NCBI RefSeq assembly: GCF_055900595.2
Contig: NZ_CM148325.1
DNA length: 64,000 nt
Reading direction: 5' to 3' (one strand)
A program made the translations under genes and the position numbers. A model generated the notes under the pieces. The model made no database searches. It worked only from the letters and a program-made list of their open reading frames with translations, and was not told the DNA's origin. Positions 1 through 11,931 of this stretch are shown piece after piece. The first letter of the stretch is position 1. Every line of letters starts with the position of its first letter.

Positions 1-687
1 GCACCTGCAACCACACAGGCTAACATACCGTGATACGACTCCATCTCATGGATGGTCCCCGGCGCTGCACCGTCGGCATGAAACCAGCTTTCAAAGTGGC
101 GACGATATGAACAATTGGCACGGAATGCATAAATGTTACAGCCATTAACCTGACTGGCGCGGGTTACTGGTGCATGTCCTTGCGGCGTGACAATCATCAA
201 CTCCTCGCGGTAGACCGGTATTCCATCAATAGCAGTATGGTTAATGGGCCCATCAATAAATGCCGCATTCAGTTTTCCCTCCAGCACACCTTCCAGCATG
301 GTGCCGGAAGGACCGGTGGAAAGTGAAAACTGAATTTTGGGATAACGACGGTTATATTCCGCCAGCGTGGCCGGAATGCGCACTGCAGCGGTGCTTTCCA
401 GCGAACCAAGAGAAAATAAACCTTGCGGCTCATCGCCAGCGACAACACTCCGCGCTTCATCCACTAACGCGAGAATTTGTTGGCTATAGCGTAAAAAGTT
501 ATGCCCGGCAGGCGAGAGACGTAAACGCTGATTCTCGCGAATAAACAGATCAACCCCCAGTTCTGTTTCCAGCTGGCGTAGACGGGTAGTGAGATTCGAC
601 GGGACGCGATGCACTTTTGCTGCAGCCTGGGTAATGCTGCCAGCTTCGGCAACCGCGTTGAACATCTCCAGTTGGGTCAGATCCATG
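1..687 (-). CDS. yneJ: LysR-family transcriptional regulator, N-terminal part (gene runs off the window start)
   Basis: Minus-strand translation from the ATG at 685-687 gives [52 protein letters not shown]..., a typical LysR HTH N-terminus, open to position 1; divergent from sad. Not in the ORF track because no stop lies inside the window. Confidence 0.8.
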
Positions 688-786
688 GCATTCTCAATTC
701 GTGAATAAGTGGCTTAATATTATTCATTTTCAAGCAAGAGTAAATCTGCGTATCTTTTTACCATAACCCATAAAGGAGATACCCCG

Positions 787-2175
787 ATGACCATTACTCC
801 GGCAACCCATGCAATTTCGATAAATCCTGCCACTGGTGAACAACTTTCTGTGCTGCCGTGGGCTGGCGCTGACGATATAGAAAACGCACTTCAGCTGGCG
901 GCAGCAGGCTTTCGCGACTGGCGCGAGACAAATATAGATTATCGTGCTGAAAAACTGCGTGATATCGGTAAGGCTCTGCGCGCCCGTAGCGAAGAAATGG
1001 CTCAAATGATCACCCGTGAAATGGGCAAACCGATCAACCAGGCGCGTGCTGAAGTGGCGAAATCGGCGAATTTGTGTGACTGGTATGCAGAACATGGTCC
1101 AGCAATGCTGAAAGCAGAATCTACGCTGGTGGAAAATCAGCAGGCGGTTATTGAGTATCGACCGTTGGGGACGATTCTGGCGATTATGCCGTGGAATTTT
1201 CCGTTATGGCAGGTGATGCGTGGCGCTGTTCCCATCATTCTTGCAGGTAACGGCTACTTACTTAAACATGCGCCGAATGTGATGGGCTGTGCACAGCTCA
1301 TTGCCCAGGTGTTTAAAGATGCGGGGATCCCGCAAGGCGTATATGGCTGGCTGAATGCTGACAACGACGGTGTCAGTCAGATGATTAAAGACTCGCGCAT
1401 TGCTGCTGTCACAGTGACCGGAAGTGTTCGTGCGGGAGCAGCTATTGGCGCACAGGCTGGAGCGGCACTGAAAAAATGTGTACTGGAACTGGGCGGTTCG
1501 GATCCGTTTATTGTGCTTAACGATGCCGATCTGGAACTTGCGGTGAAAGCGGCAGTAGCCGGACGTTATCAGAATACCGGACAGGTTTGTGCAGCGGCAA
1601 AACGCTTTATTATCGAAGAGGGAATTGCTTCGGCATTTACCGAACGTTTTGTGGCAGCTGCGGCAGCCTTGAAAATGGGCGATCCCCGTGACGAAGAGAA
1701 CGCTCTCGGACCAATGGCTCGTTTTGATTTACGTGATGAGCTGCATCATCAGGTGGAGAAAACCCTGGCGCAGGGTGCGCGTTTGTTACTGGGCGGGGAA
1801 AAAATGGCTGGGGCAGGTAACTACTATCCGCCGACGATTCTGGCGAATGTTACCCCAGAAATGACTGCATTTCGGGAAGAGATGTTTGGCCCCGTTGCGG
1901 CAATCACTATTGCAAAGGATGCAGAACATGCGTTGGAACTGGCTAATGATAGCGAGTTCGGCCTTTCAGCGACCATTTTCACCACCGACGAAACACGGGC
2001 CAGACAGATGGCGGCACGTCTGGAATGCGGTGGCGTGTTTATCAATGGTTATTGTGCCAGTGATGCGCGAGTCGCCTTTGGTGGCGTGAAGAAGAGTGGC
2101 TTTGGTCGTGAACTTTCCCATTTCGGTTTACATGAGTTCTGTAATATCCAGACGGTGTGGAAAGACCGGATCTGA
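787..2175 (+). CDS. sad: NAD-dependent succinate-semialdehyde dehydrogenase (aldehyde dehydrogenase family)
   Basis: 462-aa ORF with AAGGAG-like RBS upstream; aldehyde dehydrogenase motifs ([19 protein letters not shown]); matches my recall of E. coli Sad/YneI. Confidence 0.9.
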   Translation: MTITPATHAISINPATGEQLSVLPWAGADDIENALQLAAAGFRDWRETNIDYRAEKLRDIGKALRARSEEMAQMITREMGKPINQARAEVAKSANLCDWYAEHGPAMLKAESTLVENQQAVIEYRPLGTILAIMPWNFPLWQVMRGAVPIILAGNGYLLKHAPNVMGCAQLIAQVFKDAGIPQGVYGWLNADNDGVSQMIKDSRIAAVTVTGSVRAGAAIGAQAGAALKKCVLELGGSDPFIVLNDADLELAVKAAVAGRYQNTGQVCAAAKRFIIEEGIASAFTERFVAAAAALKMGDPRDEENALGPMARFDLRDELHHQVEKTLAQGARLLLGGEKMAGAGNYYPPTILANVTPEMTAFREEMFGPVAAITIAKDAEHALELANDSEFGLSATIFTTDETRARQMAARLECGGVFINGYCASDARVAFGGVKKSGFGRELSHFGLHEFCNIQTVWKDRI

Positions 2176-2238
2176 CGCTACATATTCAGCTCTGATATAC
2201 TCGCAGGTCTTTTCAGACCTGCGGTCCAGGAGTAGAAA

Positions 2239-3165
2239 GTGGCAGTCGCCATGGATAATGCAATTTTAGAAAACATCTTGCGGCAAGTGCAGCCGCTCAT
2301 TGGTCAGGGTAAAGTCGCGGATTATATTCCGGCGCTGGCGACGGTTGATGGTTCCCGACTGGGCATAGCTATCTGTACCGTTGACGGACAGCTTTTTCAG
2401 GCCGGAGACGCACAAGAACGTTTTTCCATTCAGTCTATTTCCAAAGTGCTGAGTCTCGTTGTCGCCATGCGTCATTACTCCGAAGAGGAAATCTGGCAAC
2501 GCGTCGGCAAAGATCCGTCTGGATCACCGTTTAATTCCCTGGTGCAACTCGAAATGGAGCAGGGTATTCCGCGTAATCCGTTTATAAATGCCGGTGCGCT
2601 GGTGGTCTGCGATATGTTGCAAGGGCGCTTAAGCGCGCCACGGCAACGTATGCTGGAAGTTGTCCGCGGCTTAAGCGGAGTGTCTGATATTTCCTACGAT
2701 ACGGTGGTAGCGCGTTCCGAATTTGAACACTCCGCGCGAAATGCGGCTATCGCCTGGCTGATGAAGTCGTTTGGCAATTTCCATCATGACGTGACAACCG
2801 TTCTGCAAAACTACTTTCATTACTGCGCTCTGAAAATGAGCTGTGTAGAGCTGGCCCGGACGTTTGTCTTTCTGGCTAATCAGGGGAAAGCTATTCATAT
2901 TGATGAACCTGTGGTGACGCCAATGCAGGCGCGGCAAATTAACGCACTGATGGCGACCAGTGGTATGTACCAGAACGCGGGGGAGTTTGCCTGGCGGGTG
3001 GGACTACCAGCGAAATCTGGCGTCGGCGGCGGTATTGTGGCGATTGTTCCGCATGAAATGGCCATCGCTGTCTGGAGTCCGGAACTGGATGATGCAGGTA
3101 ACTCGCTTGCGGGCATTGCTGTCCTTGAACAATTGACGAAACAATTAGGGCGTTCGGTTTATTAA
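2239..3165 (+). CDS. glsB: Glutaminase 2
   Basis: 308-aa ORF, serine-dependent glutaminase family; matches recall of E. coli GlsB/YneH; immediately downstream of sad. Confidence 0.9.
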   Translation: MAVAMDNAILENILRQVQPLIGQGKVADYIPALATVDGSRLGIAICTVDGQLFQAGDAQERFSIQSISKVLSLVVAMRHYSEEEIWQRVGKDPSGSPFNSLVQLEMEQGIPRNPFINAGALVVCDMLQGRLSAPRQRMLEVVRGLSGVSDISYDTVVARSEFEHSARNAAIAWLMKSFGNFHHDVTTVLQNYFHYCALKMSCVELARTFVFLANQGKAIHIDEPVVTPMQARQINALMATSGMYQNAGEFAWRVGLPAKSGVGGGIVAIVPHEMAIAVWSPELDDAGNSLAGIAVLEQLTKQLGRSVY

Positions 3166-3524
3166 TGCAGTCTCTCGATCCACTCTTCGCGCGTTTATCC
3201 CGTTCAAAATTTCGCTCTCGCTTTCGTTTGGGTGTGAAAGAGCGTCAGTATTGTCTGGAGAAAGGCGCGCCAGTCATCGAACAACATGCGGCGGATTTTG
3301 TCTCTAAACGTCTTGCTCCGGCATTACCGGCTAACGACGGTAAGCAAACCCCCATGCGCGGGCATCCGGTGTTTATCGCTCAGCACGCCACTGCAACCTG
3401 TTGTCGCGGTTGTCTGGCTAAGTGGCATAACATTCCGCAGGGTGTTTCGTTAAGCGAGGAACAACAACGTTATATCGTGTCGGTAATCTATCACTGGTTG
3501 GTTATACAGATGAATCAGCCATGA
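3165..3524 (+). CDS. yneG: Conserved small protein of unknown function (YneG-like)
   Basis: 119-aa ORF whose start overlaps the glsB stop, suggesting translational coupling in a sad-glsB-yneG operon. Confidence 0.75.
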   Translation: MQSLDPLFARLSRSKFRSRFRLGVKERQYCLEKGAPVIEQHAADFVSKRLAPALPANDGKQTPMRGHPVFIAQHATATCCRGCLAKWHNIPQGVSLSEEQQRYIVSVIYHWLVIQMNQP

Positions 3525-3662
3525 TAATTGCGGAAAACGATAAAATAGCATTCCCAGGATATCTTTATTTGCCGCCGCTGTCAGCGAACATGCTATCCTT
3601 TATGAGAATTTACTTATTACGTTGAGATAATTGCCACCCGCAATTGTATGGACAGATAATTA

Positions 3663-5081
3663 ATGCATGTACAGCCCATTTCAACTTTCCGTTTGTTCCA
3701 GGAAGGTCATCTGCTACGTAATAGCATCGCTATTTTTGTGCTAACCACGCTGTTCTATTTTATTGGTGCAGAGTTACGGCTGGTTCACGAACTTTCTCTT
3801 TTCTGGCCGCTGAATGGCGTAATGGCGGGGGTGTTTGCCCGCTATGTCTGGCTTAATCGACTGCATTACTATGCGATCAGTTATGTGGCAATGCTGGTTT
3901 ATGATGCCATAACCACCGAATGGGGGCTGGTTTCACTGGCTATCAATTTCTCCAATATGATGTTTATTGTTACCGTCGCCTTACTGGTCGCGCGGGATAA
4001 GCGTCTGGGGAAAAATAAGTACGAGCCAGTAAGTGCCTTACGGCTATTTAATTACTGTCTGATTGCCGCATTATTATGCGCTATTGTCGGGGCGATTGGT
4101 TCGGTCAGTATTGATAGTTTGGATTTCTGGCCTTTGCTTGCCGACTGGTTCAGTGAGCAATTCTCAACGGGCGTGTTGATCGTGCCTTGTATGCTGACGT
4201 TGGCAATTCCTGGAGTGCTGCCGCGCTTTAAAGCAGAACAGATGATGCCCGCTATCGCGCTTATTGTGTCGGTTGTTGCCTCGGTAGTCATTGGCGGAGC
4301 GGGGAGTCTGGCGTTCCCGCTGCCTGCATTAATCTGGTGTGCAGTGCGCTATACGCCGCAGGTAACATGTCTGTTGACCTTTGTCACCGGTGCGGTGGAA
4401 ATCGTACTGGTGGCAAATTCGGTGATTGATATCTCGGTCGGTTCGCCGTTCTCCATTCCGCAAATGTTCTCCGCACGTCTCGGTATTGCCACGATGGCGA
4501 TATGCCCAATTATGGTTTCTTTTAGCGTGGCAGCGATCAATTCGCTAATGAAGCAAGTTGCGCTGCGAGCCGACTTTGATTTTCTGACTCAGGTTTACTC
4601 ACGGTCCGGTCTTTATGAGGCGCTGAAAAGGCCATCGCTGAAACAGACACAACATCTGACTGTCATGCTGCTTGATATCGACTATTTCAAAAGCATTAAC
4701 GATAACTATGGACATGAATGTGGCGATAAAGTGTTAAGCGTGTTTGCCCAGCATATTCAAAAGATTGTCGGTGATAAGGGGCTGGTGGCGCGAATGGGCG
4801 GCGAAGAATTTGCTGTTGCAGTGCCATCGGTGAATCCTGTCGATGGTCTGCTAATGGCGGAAAAAATCCGTAAAGGCGTTGAACTGCAACCGTTCACCTG
4901 GCAACAAAAAACGCTTTATCTCACGGTAAGTATTGGCGTCGGTAGTGGTTGCGCATCGTACCGAACGCTGACCGATGACTTTAATAAATTGATGGTCGAA
5001 GCCGATACATGTCTGTATCGCTCGAAGAAAGATGGGCGCAACCGTACCAGCACTATGCGTTACGGTGAGGAAGTTGTCTGA
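3663..5081 (+). CDS. dgcF: Membrane-anchored diguanylate cyclase (GGDEF domain)
   Basis: 472-aa ORF; N-terminal ~300 aa strongly hydrophobic (multiple predicted TM helices), C-terminal GGDEF domain with RMGGEEF active-site motif. Start codon choice uncertain. Confidence 0.75.
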   Translation: MHVQPISTFRLFQEGHLLRNSIAIFVLTTLFYFIGAELRLVHELSLFWPLNGVMAGVFARYVWLNRLHYYAISYVAMLVYDAITTEWGLVSLAINFSNMMFIVTVALLVARDKRLGKNKYEPVSALRLFNYCLIAALLCAIVGAIGSVSIDSLDFWPLLADWFSEQFSTGVLIVPCMLTLAIPGVLPRFKAEQMMPAIALIVSVVASVVIGGAGSLAFPLPALIWCAVRYTPQVTCLLTFVTGAVEIVLVANSVIDISVGSPFSIPQMFSARLGIATMAICPIMVSFSVAAINSLMKQVALRADFDFLTQVYSRSGLYEALKRPSLKQTQHLTVMLLDIDYFKSINDNYGHECGDKVLSVFAQHIQKIVGDKGLVARMGGEEFAVAVPSVNPVDGLLMAEKIRKGVELQPFTWQQKTLYLTVSIGVGSGCASYRTLTDDFNKLMVEADTCLYRSKKDGRNRTSTMRYGEEVV

Positions 5082-5253
5082 CATCTTTATTCATTCAGAG
5101 CGTTTTAAATACAATGTGTTCTACCACTTTATGTTCCAAGAAAAGGCGTATTTCCTCGATTAAACCATGATCCGCGCCACACTTTTCTCATAAAACTGCT
5201 CATTAATCATCAGGAGTTGATCAAAACAGGGGTTCGGCGTATTAAAGTTTGCT

Positions 5254-5280
5254 AACCTGTCGTACCAATTCAAACAGGTT
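5254..5280. promoter_or_regulatory. Inverted repeat AACCTGT-N13-ACAGGTT upstream of uxaB; candidate ExuR/UxuR-type operator
   Basis: Seen directly in sequence about 30 bp upstream of the uxaB GTG start; uxaB is known to be ExuR-regulated, but the site assignment is inference. Confidence 0.3.
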
Positions 5281-5307
5281 GTATGACTAATCAGAAGGGA
5301 ACCCATT

Positions 5308-6759
5308 GTGAAAACACTAAATCGTCGCGATTTTCCCGGTGCACAGTATCCAGAACGTATCATTCAGTTTGGTGAAGGTAACTTCCTGCGCGCCTTTGTT
5401 GACTGGCAAATCGATCTCCTGAATGAGCACACCGATCTGAATTCTGGCGTGGTCGTTGTTCGTCCGATTGAAACTTCATTCCCGCCGTCATTGAGCACGC
5501 AGGATGGTCTGTACACCACCATTATCCGTGGTTTGAATGAGAAGGGGGAGGCGGTCAGCGACGCGCGTCTGATTCGCTCGGTTAATCGTGAAATCAGCGT
5601 CTACAGTGAATACGATGAATTCCTGAAACTGGCGCACAACCCGGAAATGCGCTTTGTTTTCTCTAACACCACCGAAGCGGGTATCAGCTACCATGCGGGC
5701 GATAAATTCGATGACGCGCCAGCGGTAAGTTATCCGGCAAAACTGACCCGTCTGCTGTTCGAACGTTTTAGCCATTTCAACGGAGCGCAGGATAAAGGTT
5801 GGATCATCATCCCATGTGAACTGATCGACTATAACGGCGATGCACTGCGTGAACTGGTGCTGCGCTACGCGCAAGAGTGGGCACTACCAGAAGCATTTAT
5901 TCAATGGCTGGATCAGGCTAACAGCTTCTGTTCTACGCTGGTGGACCGTATCGTTACCGGTTATCCGCGTGATGAAGTGGCTAAACTGGAAGAAGAACTG
6001 GGTTATCACGATGGTTTCCTCGACACCGCTGAACACTTTTACCTGTTTGTGATTCAGGGGCCGAAATCCTTAGCGACTGAGCTGCGTCTGGACAAATATC
6101 CGCTCAACGTGCTGATTGTTGACGATATTAAACCGTATAAAGAGCGCAAAGTGGCAATCCTCAACGGTGCACACACGGCGCTGGTGCCGGTGGCGTTCCA
6201 GGCCGGGCTGGATACTGTAGGTGAAGCGATGAACGATGCTGAAATTTGTGCATTCGTTGAAAAAGCCATCTACGAAGAGATTATTCCGGTACTGGATTTG
6301 CCTCGTGATGAACTGGAATCTTTCGCCAGTGCAGTCACCGGACGTTTCCGTAATCCGTACATCAAGCATCAGCTGCTGTCTATCGCGCTTAACGGTATGA
6401 CCAAGTTCCGCACCCGTATCCTGCCGCAACTGCTGGCAGGGCAGAAGGCAAACGGCACCCTTCCGGCGCGCCTTACTTTCGCATTAGCGGCATTGATTGC
6501 GTTTTATCGCGGTGAGCGTAACGGAGAAACATATCCGGTACAGGACGATGCCCACTGGCTGGAACGTTATCAGCAACTCTGGAGCCAGCATCGTGACCGT
6601 GTTATCGGCACCCAGGAACTGGTTGCTATTGTGTTGGCTGAAAAAGACCACTGGGAGCTGGACCTGACGCAAGTGCCTGGTCTGGTCCAGCTGGTTGCTA
6701 ATGACCTGGATGCAATTCTCGAAAAAGGAATGCGCGAAGCTGTACGTCCGTTGTGCTAA
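5308..6759 (+). CDS. uxaB: Altronate oxidoreductase (tagaturonate reductase)
   Basis: 483-aa ORF starting at GTG with GAAGGGA RBS; N-terminus [30 protein letters not shown] matches recall of UxaB. Confidence 0.9.
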   Translation: MKTLNRRDFPGAQYPERIIQFGEGNFLRAFVDWQIDLLNEHTDLNSGVVVVRPIETSFPPSLSTQDGLYTTIIRGLNEKGEAVSDARLIRSVNREISVYSEYDEFLKLAHNPEMRFVFSNTTEAGISYHAGDKFDDAPAVSYPAKLTRLLFERFSHFNGAQDKGWIIIPCELIDYNGDALRELVLRYAQEWALPEAFIQWLDQANSFCSTLVDRIVTGYPRDEVAKLEEELGYHDGFLDTAEHFYLFVIQGPKSLATELRLDKYPLNVLIVDDIKPYKERKVAILNGAHTALVPVAFQAGLDTVGEAMNDAEICAFVEKAIYEEIIPVLDLPRDELESFASAVTGRFRNPYIKHQLLSIALNGMTKFRTRILPQLLAGQKANGTLPARLTFALAALIAFYRGERNGETYPVQDDAHWLERYQQLWSQHRDRVIGTQELVAIVLAEKDHWELDLTQVPGLVQLVANDLDAILEKGMREAVRPLC

Positions 6760-6766
6760 TACTCTG

Positions 6767-6795
6767 AACCCGGTTTCGACCGGGTTTCTTATTTC
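6767..6795 (+). terminator. Rho-independent terminator after uxaB
   Basis: Hairpin AACCCGG-TTTCGA-CCGGGTT followed by a T-rich run, directly after the uxaB stop. Confidence 0.5.
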
Positions 6796-6830
6796 ACTAT
6801 ATTAGTTACAACATCCTATGTGCCTTTATC

Positions 6831-6862
6831 ATTAACAGGTGCCACATGCAGCACCTGTTAAT
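6831..6862. promoter_or_regulatory. Perfect 12-bp inverted repeat ATTAACAGGTGC-N8-GCACCTGTTAAT upstream of yneE
   Basis: Seen directly; lies between the uxaB terminator and the yneE start; candidate operator or bidirectional hairpin. Confidence 0.35.
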
Positions 6863-6955
6863 GTTGTAAGCTTATAGGTAATTTGTAAGTAGTGTCTTGA
6901 GAATGTGATCGTAATCACGTTTAATAGGGCGACTTTTACACGCCTGAAGATAACC

Positions 6956-7870
6956 ATGATCGTTCGTCCACAACAACACTGGCTGCGCCGTATTTTTGTC
7001 TGGCACGGTTCAGTATTATCCAAGATATCCTCACGCTTACTACTTAATTTTCTCTTTTCTACTGCCGTTATTTTCATGCTGCCCTGGTACACGCATCTGG
7101 GTATTAAATTTACCCTCGCACCATTCAGCATTCTCGGTGTCGCCATCGCCATTTTTCTTGGTTTTCGTAATAATGCCGGGTACGCCCGTTACGTTGAAGC
7201 GCGAAAACTTTGGGGGCAGTTGATGATTGCCTCACGGTCGTTACTGCGCGAGGTAAAAACGACATTGCCGGATTCGGCAAGTGTAAGGGAGTTTGCACGG
7301 CTGCAAATCGCCTTCGCCCACTGTTTACGCATGACATTACGCAAACAACCACAGGCGGAAGTGCTGGCACATTATCTCAAGACTGAAGATCTTCAGCGTG
7401 TACTGGCTTCAAACACTCCAGCTAACCGTATTTTGTTGATAATGGGGGAGTGGTTGGCGGTTCAGCGACGCAATGGACAGCTTTCAGATATCCTGTTTAT
7501 TAGCCTCAACGATCGGCTTAACGATATTTCAGCGGTTCTGGCAGGCTGCGAGCGCATTGCCTACACGCCAATTCCCTTTGCCTACACCCTGATTTTGCAT
7601 CGTACCGTTTATCTGTTTTGTATCATGCTGCCGTTCGCGCTGGTCGTGGACCTGCATTACATGACGCCATTTATCTCTGTGCTGATTTCCTACACTTTTA
7701 TTTCGCTGGATTGTCTGGCGGAAGAGCTGGAAGATCCGTTCGGTACTGAAAACAATGATTTACCGCTGGATGCCATCTGCAACGCTATTGAAATTGACCT
7801 GTTACAGATGAACGATGAAACAGAAATTCCAGCAAAAATTCTTCCCGATCGTCATTACCAGCTGACGTAA
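6956..7870 (+). CDS. yneE: Bestrophin-like membrane protein (YneE/UPF0187 family)
   Basis: Long ORF 6905-7870; I place the start at the internal Met (MIVRPQQHW...) to give ~304 aa as recalled for YneE; hydrophobic helices present. Confidence 0.75.
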   Translation: MIVRPQQHWLRRIFVWHGSVLSKISSRLLLNFLFSTAVIFMLPWYTHLGIKFTLAPFSILGVAIAIFLGFRNNAGYARYVEARKLWGQLMIASRSLLREVKTTLPDSASVREFARLQIAFAHCLRMTLRKQPQAEVLAHYLKTEDLQRVLASNTPANRILLIMGEWLAVQRRNGQLSDILFISLNDRLNDISAVLAGCERIAYTPIPFAYTLILHRTVYLFCIMLPFALVVDLHYMTPFISVLISYTFISLDCLAEELEDPFGTENNDLPLDAICNAIEIDLLQMNDETEIPAKILPDRHYQLT

Positions 7871-7873
7871 TAT

Positions 7874-8632
7874 TTACTCCGTACGCCGGGCAACAATAAA
7901 CAGACGCGGAAATGCCAGCAGTATCTGTCCGTTCTCTTGCAGTGGATACTGCTCTTCCAGCATCTGATGGTAGCGCGTAACAAAATGCTGCTGTTCGCTC
8001 TCGGTCAGATCCTGTAACCACGGACGTAATCCAGTGGCGGTCACCCAGTCAATAATCGCCTGGTGCGACGGCATCTGGTGATAGTAAGTGGTTCGCCAGA
8101 TATCGACCTCGCATCCGGCTTCACTCAAAATATCGTAGTAAGCATGAACGCCAGCCAGCGGCTCACGCCCGCGATCCGGGTAGTTTTGTTTCCAGGCGAC
8201 TTCGCGCATGAGCACATGGGTAGGCTCCAGCCAGTTATCCGGCATTTGTACCGCCAGCACGCCCTGCGGACTGAGTAACGAAACCAGATGAGGGAACAGT
8301 TCGTAATGGTCGGGCAGCCATTGCAGCGAGGCATTAGCAAAAATCAGATCGAGTGCCTGTTCCGGTTGCCAGTTGCGGATGTCTGCTTCCACGAACTGGC
8401 AGTCTGGCAAAGCACTGCGCGCTTCAGCAATCATCGCCGGAGACGAGTCGATGCCTGTTATCCTGGCCGCAGGCCAACGTTGATGCAGCAGGGCGGTGCT
8501 GTTACCTGGGCCACAGCCAAGATCGGCAACGTATTCGATATTCTCCAGCGGCACTCTGGCAAGCAGCTCCACCGCCGGACGCGATCGTTCAGCGGCAAAG
8601 TGCAGATATAAAGAGGGGTTCCAGTCAGACAT
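7874..8632 (-). CDS. tam: Trans-aconitate 2-methyltransferase
   Basis: 252-aa ORF with SAM-methyltransferase motif ([12 protein letters not shown]); matches recall of Tam. Confidence 0.9.
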   Translation of the reverse strand: MSDWNPSLYLHFAAERSRPAVELLARVPLENIEYVADLGCGPGNSTALLHQRWPAARITGIDSSPAMIAEARSALPDCQFVEADIRNWQPEQALDLIFANASLQWLPDHYELFPHLVSLLSPQGVLAVQMPDNWLEPTHVLMREVAWKQNYPDRGREPLAGVHAYYDILSEAGCEVDIWRTTYYHQMPSHQAIIDWVTATGLRPWLQDLTESEQQHFVTRYHQMLEEQYPLQENGQILLAFPRLFIVARRTE

Positions 8633-8688
8633 TTATTTACTCCCGTCAGTGCGTTACCCCAATTGTAGATAAAACTGATAAATTCGCC

Positions 8689-8979
8689 TCACGGCATCAC
8701 CCCATTGAACACACGTTTTTTACGCGGCCCGGTCATTAAAGATTCCAGTTTCTTGACACAGGTTTTGTAGTGGGGCGTGGTTTTATGGAACGCCACTGCG
8801 TCTTCATCTTTATAGGCTTCGTAGATATAAAAGCGCGAATTAACTTCCGGGTCCTGTAAGACATCGAAGCGCAAATTGCCTTCTTCCTGGACCGAGCCCA
8901 GATGATTCTGGCGAAAAACCTCGATAAACTCGTCAACCTTGTCTTCATGAACGTTAATTTCAACCAGTGTGACGTGCAT
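8689..8979 (-). CDS. lsrG: AI-2 degradation protein LsrG
   Basis: 96-aa ORF at the distal end of the lsr operon; small antibiotic-biosynthesis-monooxygenase-like protein. Confidence 0.85.
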   Translation of the reverse strand: MHVTLVEINVHEDKVDEFIEVFRQNHLGSVQEEGNLRFDVLQDPEVNSRFYIYEAYKDEDAVAFHKTTPHYKTCVKKLESLMTGPRKKRVFNGVMP

Positions 8980-9002
8980 GATTCTTCTCCTTAAATCCGC
9001 AG

Positions 9003-9878
9003 TTACTGTTTTTCACTCAGATAGAGTTCATATGCCCGATCAGCCGTTTCGTTATGGTGTACCACCGCCTGTACGGCTTTCATCATCGCCACCGGATGGT
9101 CAGACTGGAAAATATTACGCCCCATATCCACACCAGAAGCGCCCTGATCGATAGCCTGCCAGCACATTTCCAGCGCCTCGCGCTCCGGTAATTTTTTACC
9201 GCCAGCAATAACAATGGGTACCGGACATCCGGCAACAATCCGTTCAAAACCTTTATCGACATAATAAGTTTTGATAATCTGCGCCCCCATTTCAGCGGCG
9301 ATTCGGGTAGCCAGCGAGAAATAACGTTGGTCGCGCACCATATCTTTGCCCACGCCAGTCACGGCCATGGTCGGCATTCCTACTTTCATTCCGGCATCGA
9401 CCAGCTGAATAATATTTTTAATCGACTGATGTTCATATTCGCTGCCGATATAAACCTGCGCCGCCACCGCGCAACTGTTCAGGCGCACGGCGTCATCCAT
9501 CGATAACGCCACGGCTTCATTACTTAATTCCGCCAGAATAGAGTTCGCACCAGACGCCCGCAGTACCACCGGCTTATTGGTCGCCGGGGGAACTACGCTG
9601 CGCAAAATGCCGCGCGTACACATTAATACATCGGCATGTTCAAACAGCGGGGCGATATTTATATCGATGCGTTCTAGTCCGGTAGTCGGCCCCTGAAAAT
9701 AACCATGGTCAAAGGCCAGCATCACGGTTTTACCCGTTTTCGGATTAAAAATCCGCGATAAGCGTGACTGCATTCCCCAATCCAGCGCACCGCAACCTTT
9801 CAGGGTAAAAGGGATATTTTGTTGCGGTTGATCGGTGCGAAAATCTTTACCATCTTTAATATCGTCTAAATCTGCCAT
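9003..9878 (-). CDS. lsrF: Aldolase-like thiolase LsrF (phospho-AI-2 processing)
   Basis: 291-aa ORF of the class I aldolase (DeoC/FbaB-like) family, within the lsr operon. Confidence 0.9.
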   Translation of the reverse strand: MADLDDIKDGKDFRTDQPQQNIPFTLKGCGALDWGMQSRLSRIFNPKTGKTVMLAFDHGYFQGPTTGLERIDINIAPLFEHADVLMCTRGILRSVVPPATNKPVVLRASGANSILAELSNEAVALSMDDAVRLNSCAVAAQVYIGSEYEHQSIKNIIQLVDAGMKVGMPTMAVTGVGKDMVRDQRYFSLATRIAAEMGAQIIKTYYVDKGFERIVAGCPVPIVIAGGKKLPEREALEMCWQAIDQGASGVDMGRNIFQSDHPVAMMKAVQAVVHHNETADRAYELYLSEKQ

Positions 9879-9904
9879 AACGTACTCCGGTTAAGTAATG
9901 CACA

Positions 9905-10927
9905 TCAGAAATCGTATTTGCCGATATTCTCTTTGTTGAATATCACGCGCTCCGGTAACAGTACGATGCCATTACCATCCGCTTCGTAGTCATAGCCCTG
10001 AACGCTGTTTGGCGAGACTTCAACCTGACCTACGCCCTGAATATTCAGCTTGTCGCCCGTTTTCATTGATCCTTTTTTCAATAATGCATCCGCGACATAA
10101 ACTGAAATTTTGCCTTGCTGAACCACATCCCACAGGCCAAATTCTTTCACCGTGCTGCGCTCTACATACGGACGCATCACGTTTGGCGTACTGAATCCGA
10201 CAATCGCAACTTTGTCATTTTTCAGGTTTTCTGCGGCTTGTGCGGCAGCGGGCAGGGCGTTGGCGTCCGGGGCGATAATGGCGTCGAGATCGCTATAGGC
10301 TTTTAATATTCCTTCTGCGGTTTGTAACGATTTAGTGGCATCGTTATAGCCAAACTGCGTAGTGACAATTTCCCAGCCTGGATGGTCTTTGGCGATTTTC
10401 GCTTTCGCCTCTTTCACCCACTGGTTTTGGTCCGTAACGGTGGGGCTTGAGTAGAAAAACGCGACTTTGGCTTTGTCTTTATTCACCTGACGCGCCGCCA
10501 TATCCACCAACATACCTCCCAACTGGGCGGGCGTTCCCTGATTAATGTAGTAAGAGCGGCACTCCGGTTTGGTATCAGAGTCCCAGGTCAGCACTCTCAC
10601 GCCACGTTGCATGGCGCGTTTCAGTGCCGGACACAAGCCATCAGGCGAAACCGCAGAAACGATAATGGCGTTATACCCCTGATTGACGAAGTTATTAATC
10701 AACTGTACCTGACCAGAAACACTGGGTTCTGTCGGCCCGTCGTAGGTCACATCAACGCCCAGCTCTTTACCCGCTTGTTGTGCGCCGTTGCCACCGCTGG
10801 TAAAAAATCCCACGCCAACCAGTTTGGGAATAAAAGCAATACGCTCTGCGGCCTGCACATTCATAGAGATTGCGGCAATGCCAAGAGCGCTAAGTAAGGC
10901 GATTTTCTTAAAGCGATAAAGTGTCAT
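9905..10927 (-). CDS. lsrB: AI-2 periplasmic binding protein LsrB
   Basis: 340-aa ORF with an N-terminal signal peptide ([26 protein letters not shown]) and sugar-binding-protein fold. Confidence 0.9.
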   Translation of the reverse strand: MTLYRFKKIALLSALGIAAISMNVQAAERIAFIPKLVGVGFFTSGGNGAQQAGKELGVDVTYDGPTEPSVSGQVQLINNFVNQGYNAIIVSAVSPDGLCPALKRAMQRGVRVLTWDSDTKPECRSYYINQGTPAQLGGMLVDMAARQVNKDKAKVAFFYSSPTVTDQNQWVKEAKAKIAKDHPGWEIVTTQFGYNDATKSLQTAEGILKAYSDLDAIIAPDANALPAAAQAAENLKNDKVAIVGFSTPNVMRPYVERSTVKEFGLWDVVQQGKISVYVADALLKKGSMKTGDKLNIQGVGQVEVSPNSVQGYDYEADGNGIVLLPERVIFNKENIGKYDF

Positions 10928-10938
10928 GAAGATATCCT

Positions 10939-11931
10939 TTATGGCAATGGGTTATTGGCCCGACGCGCCAGCCACTCTTTAATTTGCTGGCGATGCAGGC
11001 TAACGGAACGACCTACGACAACGACGATAAGCAGCGCACCGGAAAGGGCGCTGGACACCTGATTTGGCACTCCTGCCATTTGCAAACCTTGTTGCAAATA
11101 TCCCACTAGTAAAACCGCAATGGCGGTGCCGATAATGGAACCGGAACCACCATAAATATTGGCACCGCCAAGCACCACGGCGGTGATGGCGGGCATCAGA
11201 AACGACGCACCGAGATCGGAACGTGCTGAACCAAAATACGATGCCAGCAGCACAGCGGCGACCGCAGACGCCAGCCCCGTCATGGCATAGAGCGCACATA
11301 AGGTGCGGTTAACTTTAATCGCGCTATAAAGCGCCACGCGCGGGCTTTGCCCAATCAAAAACACATTACGTCCGGCATGGGTTTTATGCAGCCAGAGCCA
11401 GAAAACGAGGAGACATATCAGAAAGATAATCAGCGGAACGGGTAGTCCCAGCACATCCAGGTTAGCGAAATCTGTAAACGCCATCGGGAATCCACCAATA
11501 CCTTCGTACCCCGTCGCTCCGGCCATCCCGGAAAGCAGCAGAGCGCTTCCGGCAAACAGATACAGCGTGCCAAGCGTAATCACCAGCGGGTTAACTTTGG
11601 TATAGATAATTAATCCGGCGTTAATCAGCCCGCACAATGCGCCGAGCAGAAAGGTCAGAAGAATCGCCAGCGGCATCGGCACGCCGCTTTGAAACAGTAC
11701 GCCTAATGCAATGGCGCACAAGCCGATGGTCGAGCCAAACGAAATATCGATCCCGCCACTGACAATCACCATCGTCAGCGGTAGGGCGACAATGCCAATG
11801 CAGATAAAGTCACTGGTGCTGAACAGCAACATATTGAGATCTAACATCCGCGGGTTAATTGCACCAAATGCGACAATCTCAATCACGAGCAGTGCGGCAA
11901 GAGCTAGTTCCCAACCGTAGCGAATACGCAT
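10939..11931 (-). CDS. lsrD: AI-2 ABC transporter permease LsrD
   Basis: 330-aa polytopic membrane protein; start overlaps the lsrC stop by 1 nt. Confidence 0.9.
   Translation of the reverse strand: MRIRYGWELALAALLVIEIVAFGAINPRMLDLNMLLFSTSDFICIGIVALPLTMVIVSGGIDISFGSTIGLCAIALGVLFQSGVPMPLAILLTFLLGALCGLINAGLIIYTKVNPLVITLGTLYLFAGSALLLSGMAGATGYEGIGGFPMAFTDFANLDVLGLPVPLIIFLICLLVFWLWLHKTHAGRNVFLIGQSPRVALYSAIKVNRTLCALYAMTGLASAVAAVLLASYFGSARSDLGASFLMPAITAVVLGGANIYGGSGSIIGTAIAVLLVGYLQQGLQMAGVPNQVSSALSGALLIVVVVGRSVSLHRQQIKEWLARRANNPLP

Noticed and set aside
260-652. ORFs 260-544 (+), 269-460 (-), 464-652 (-)
   Set aside because: They lie inside the yneJ coding region in other frames or on the opposite strand; no RBS or family resemblance. 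Treated as frame shadows.
730-1095. Minus-strand ORF overlapping the start of sad
   Set aside because: Antisense to a well-supported dehydrogenase gene; composition typical of shadow ORFs.
6832-7370. ORFs 6832-7152 (-), 6996-7223 (+), 7125-7370 (-) around yneE
   Set aside because: Overlap the yneE coding frame; no independent support.
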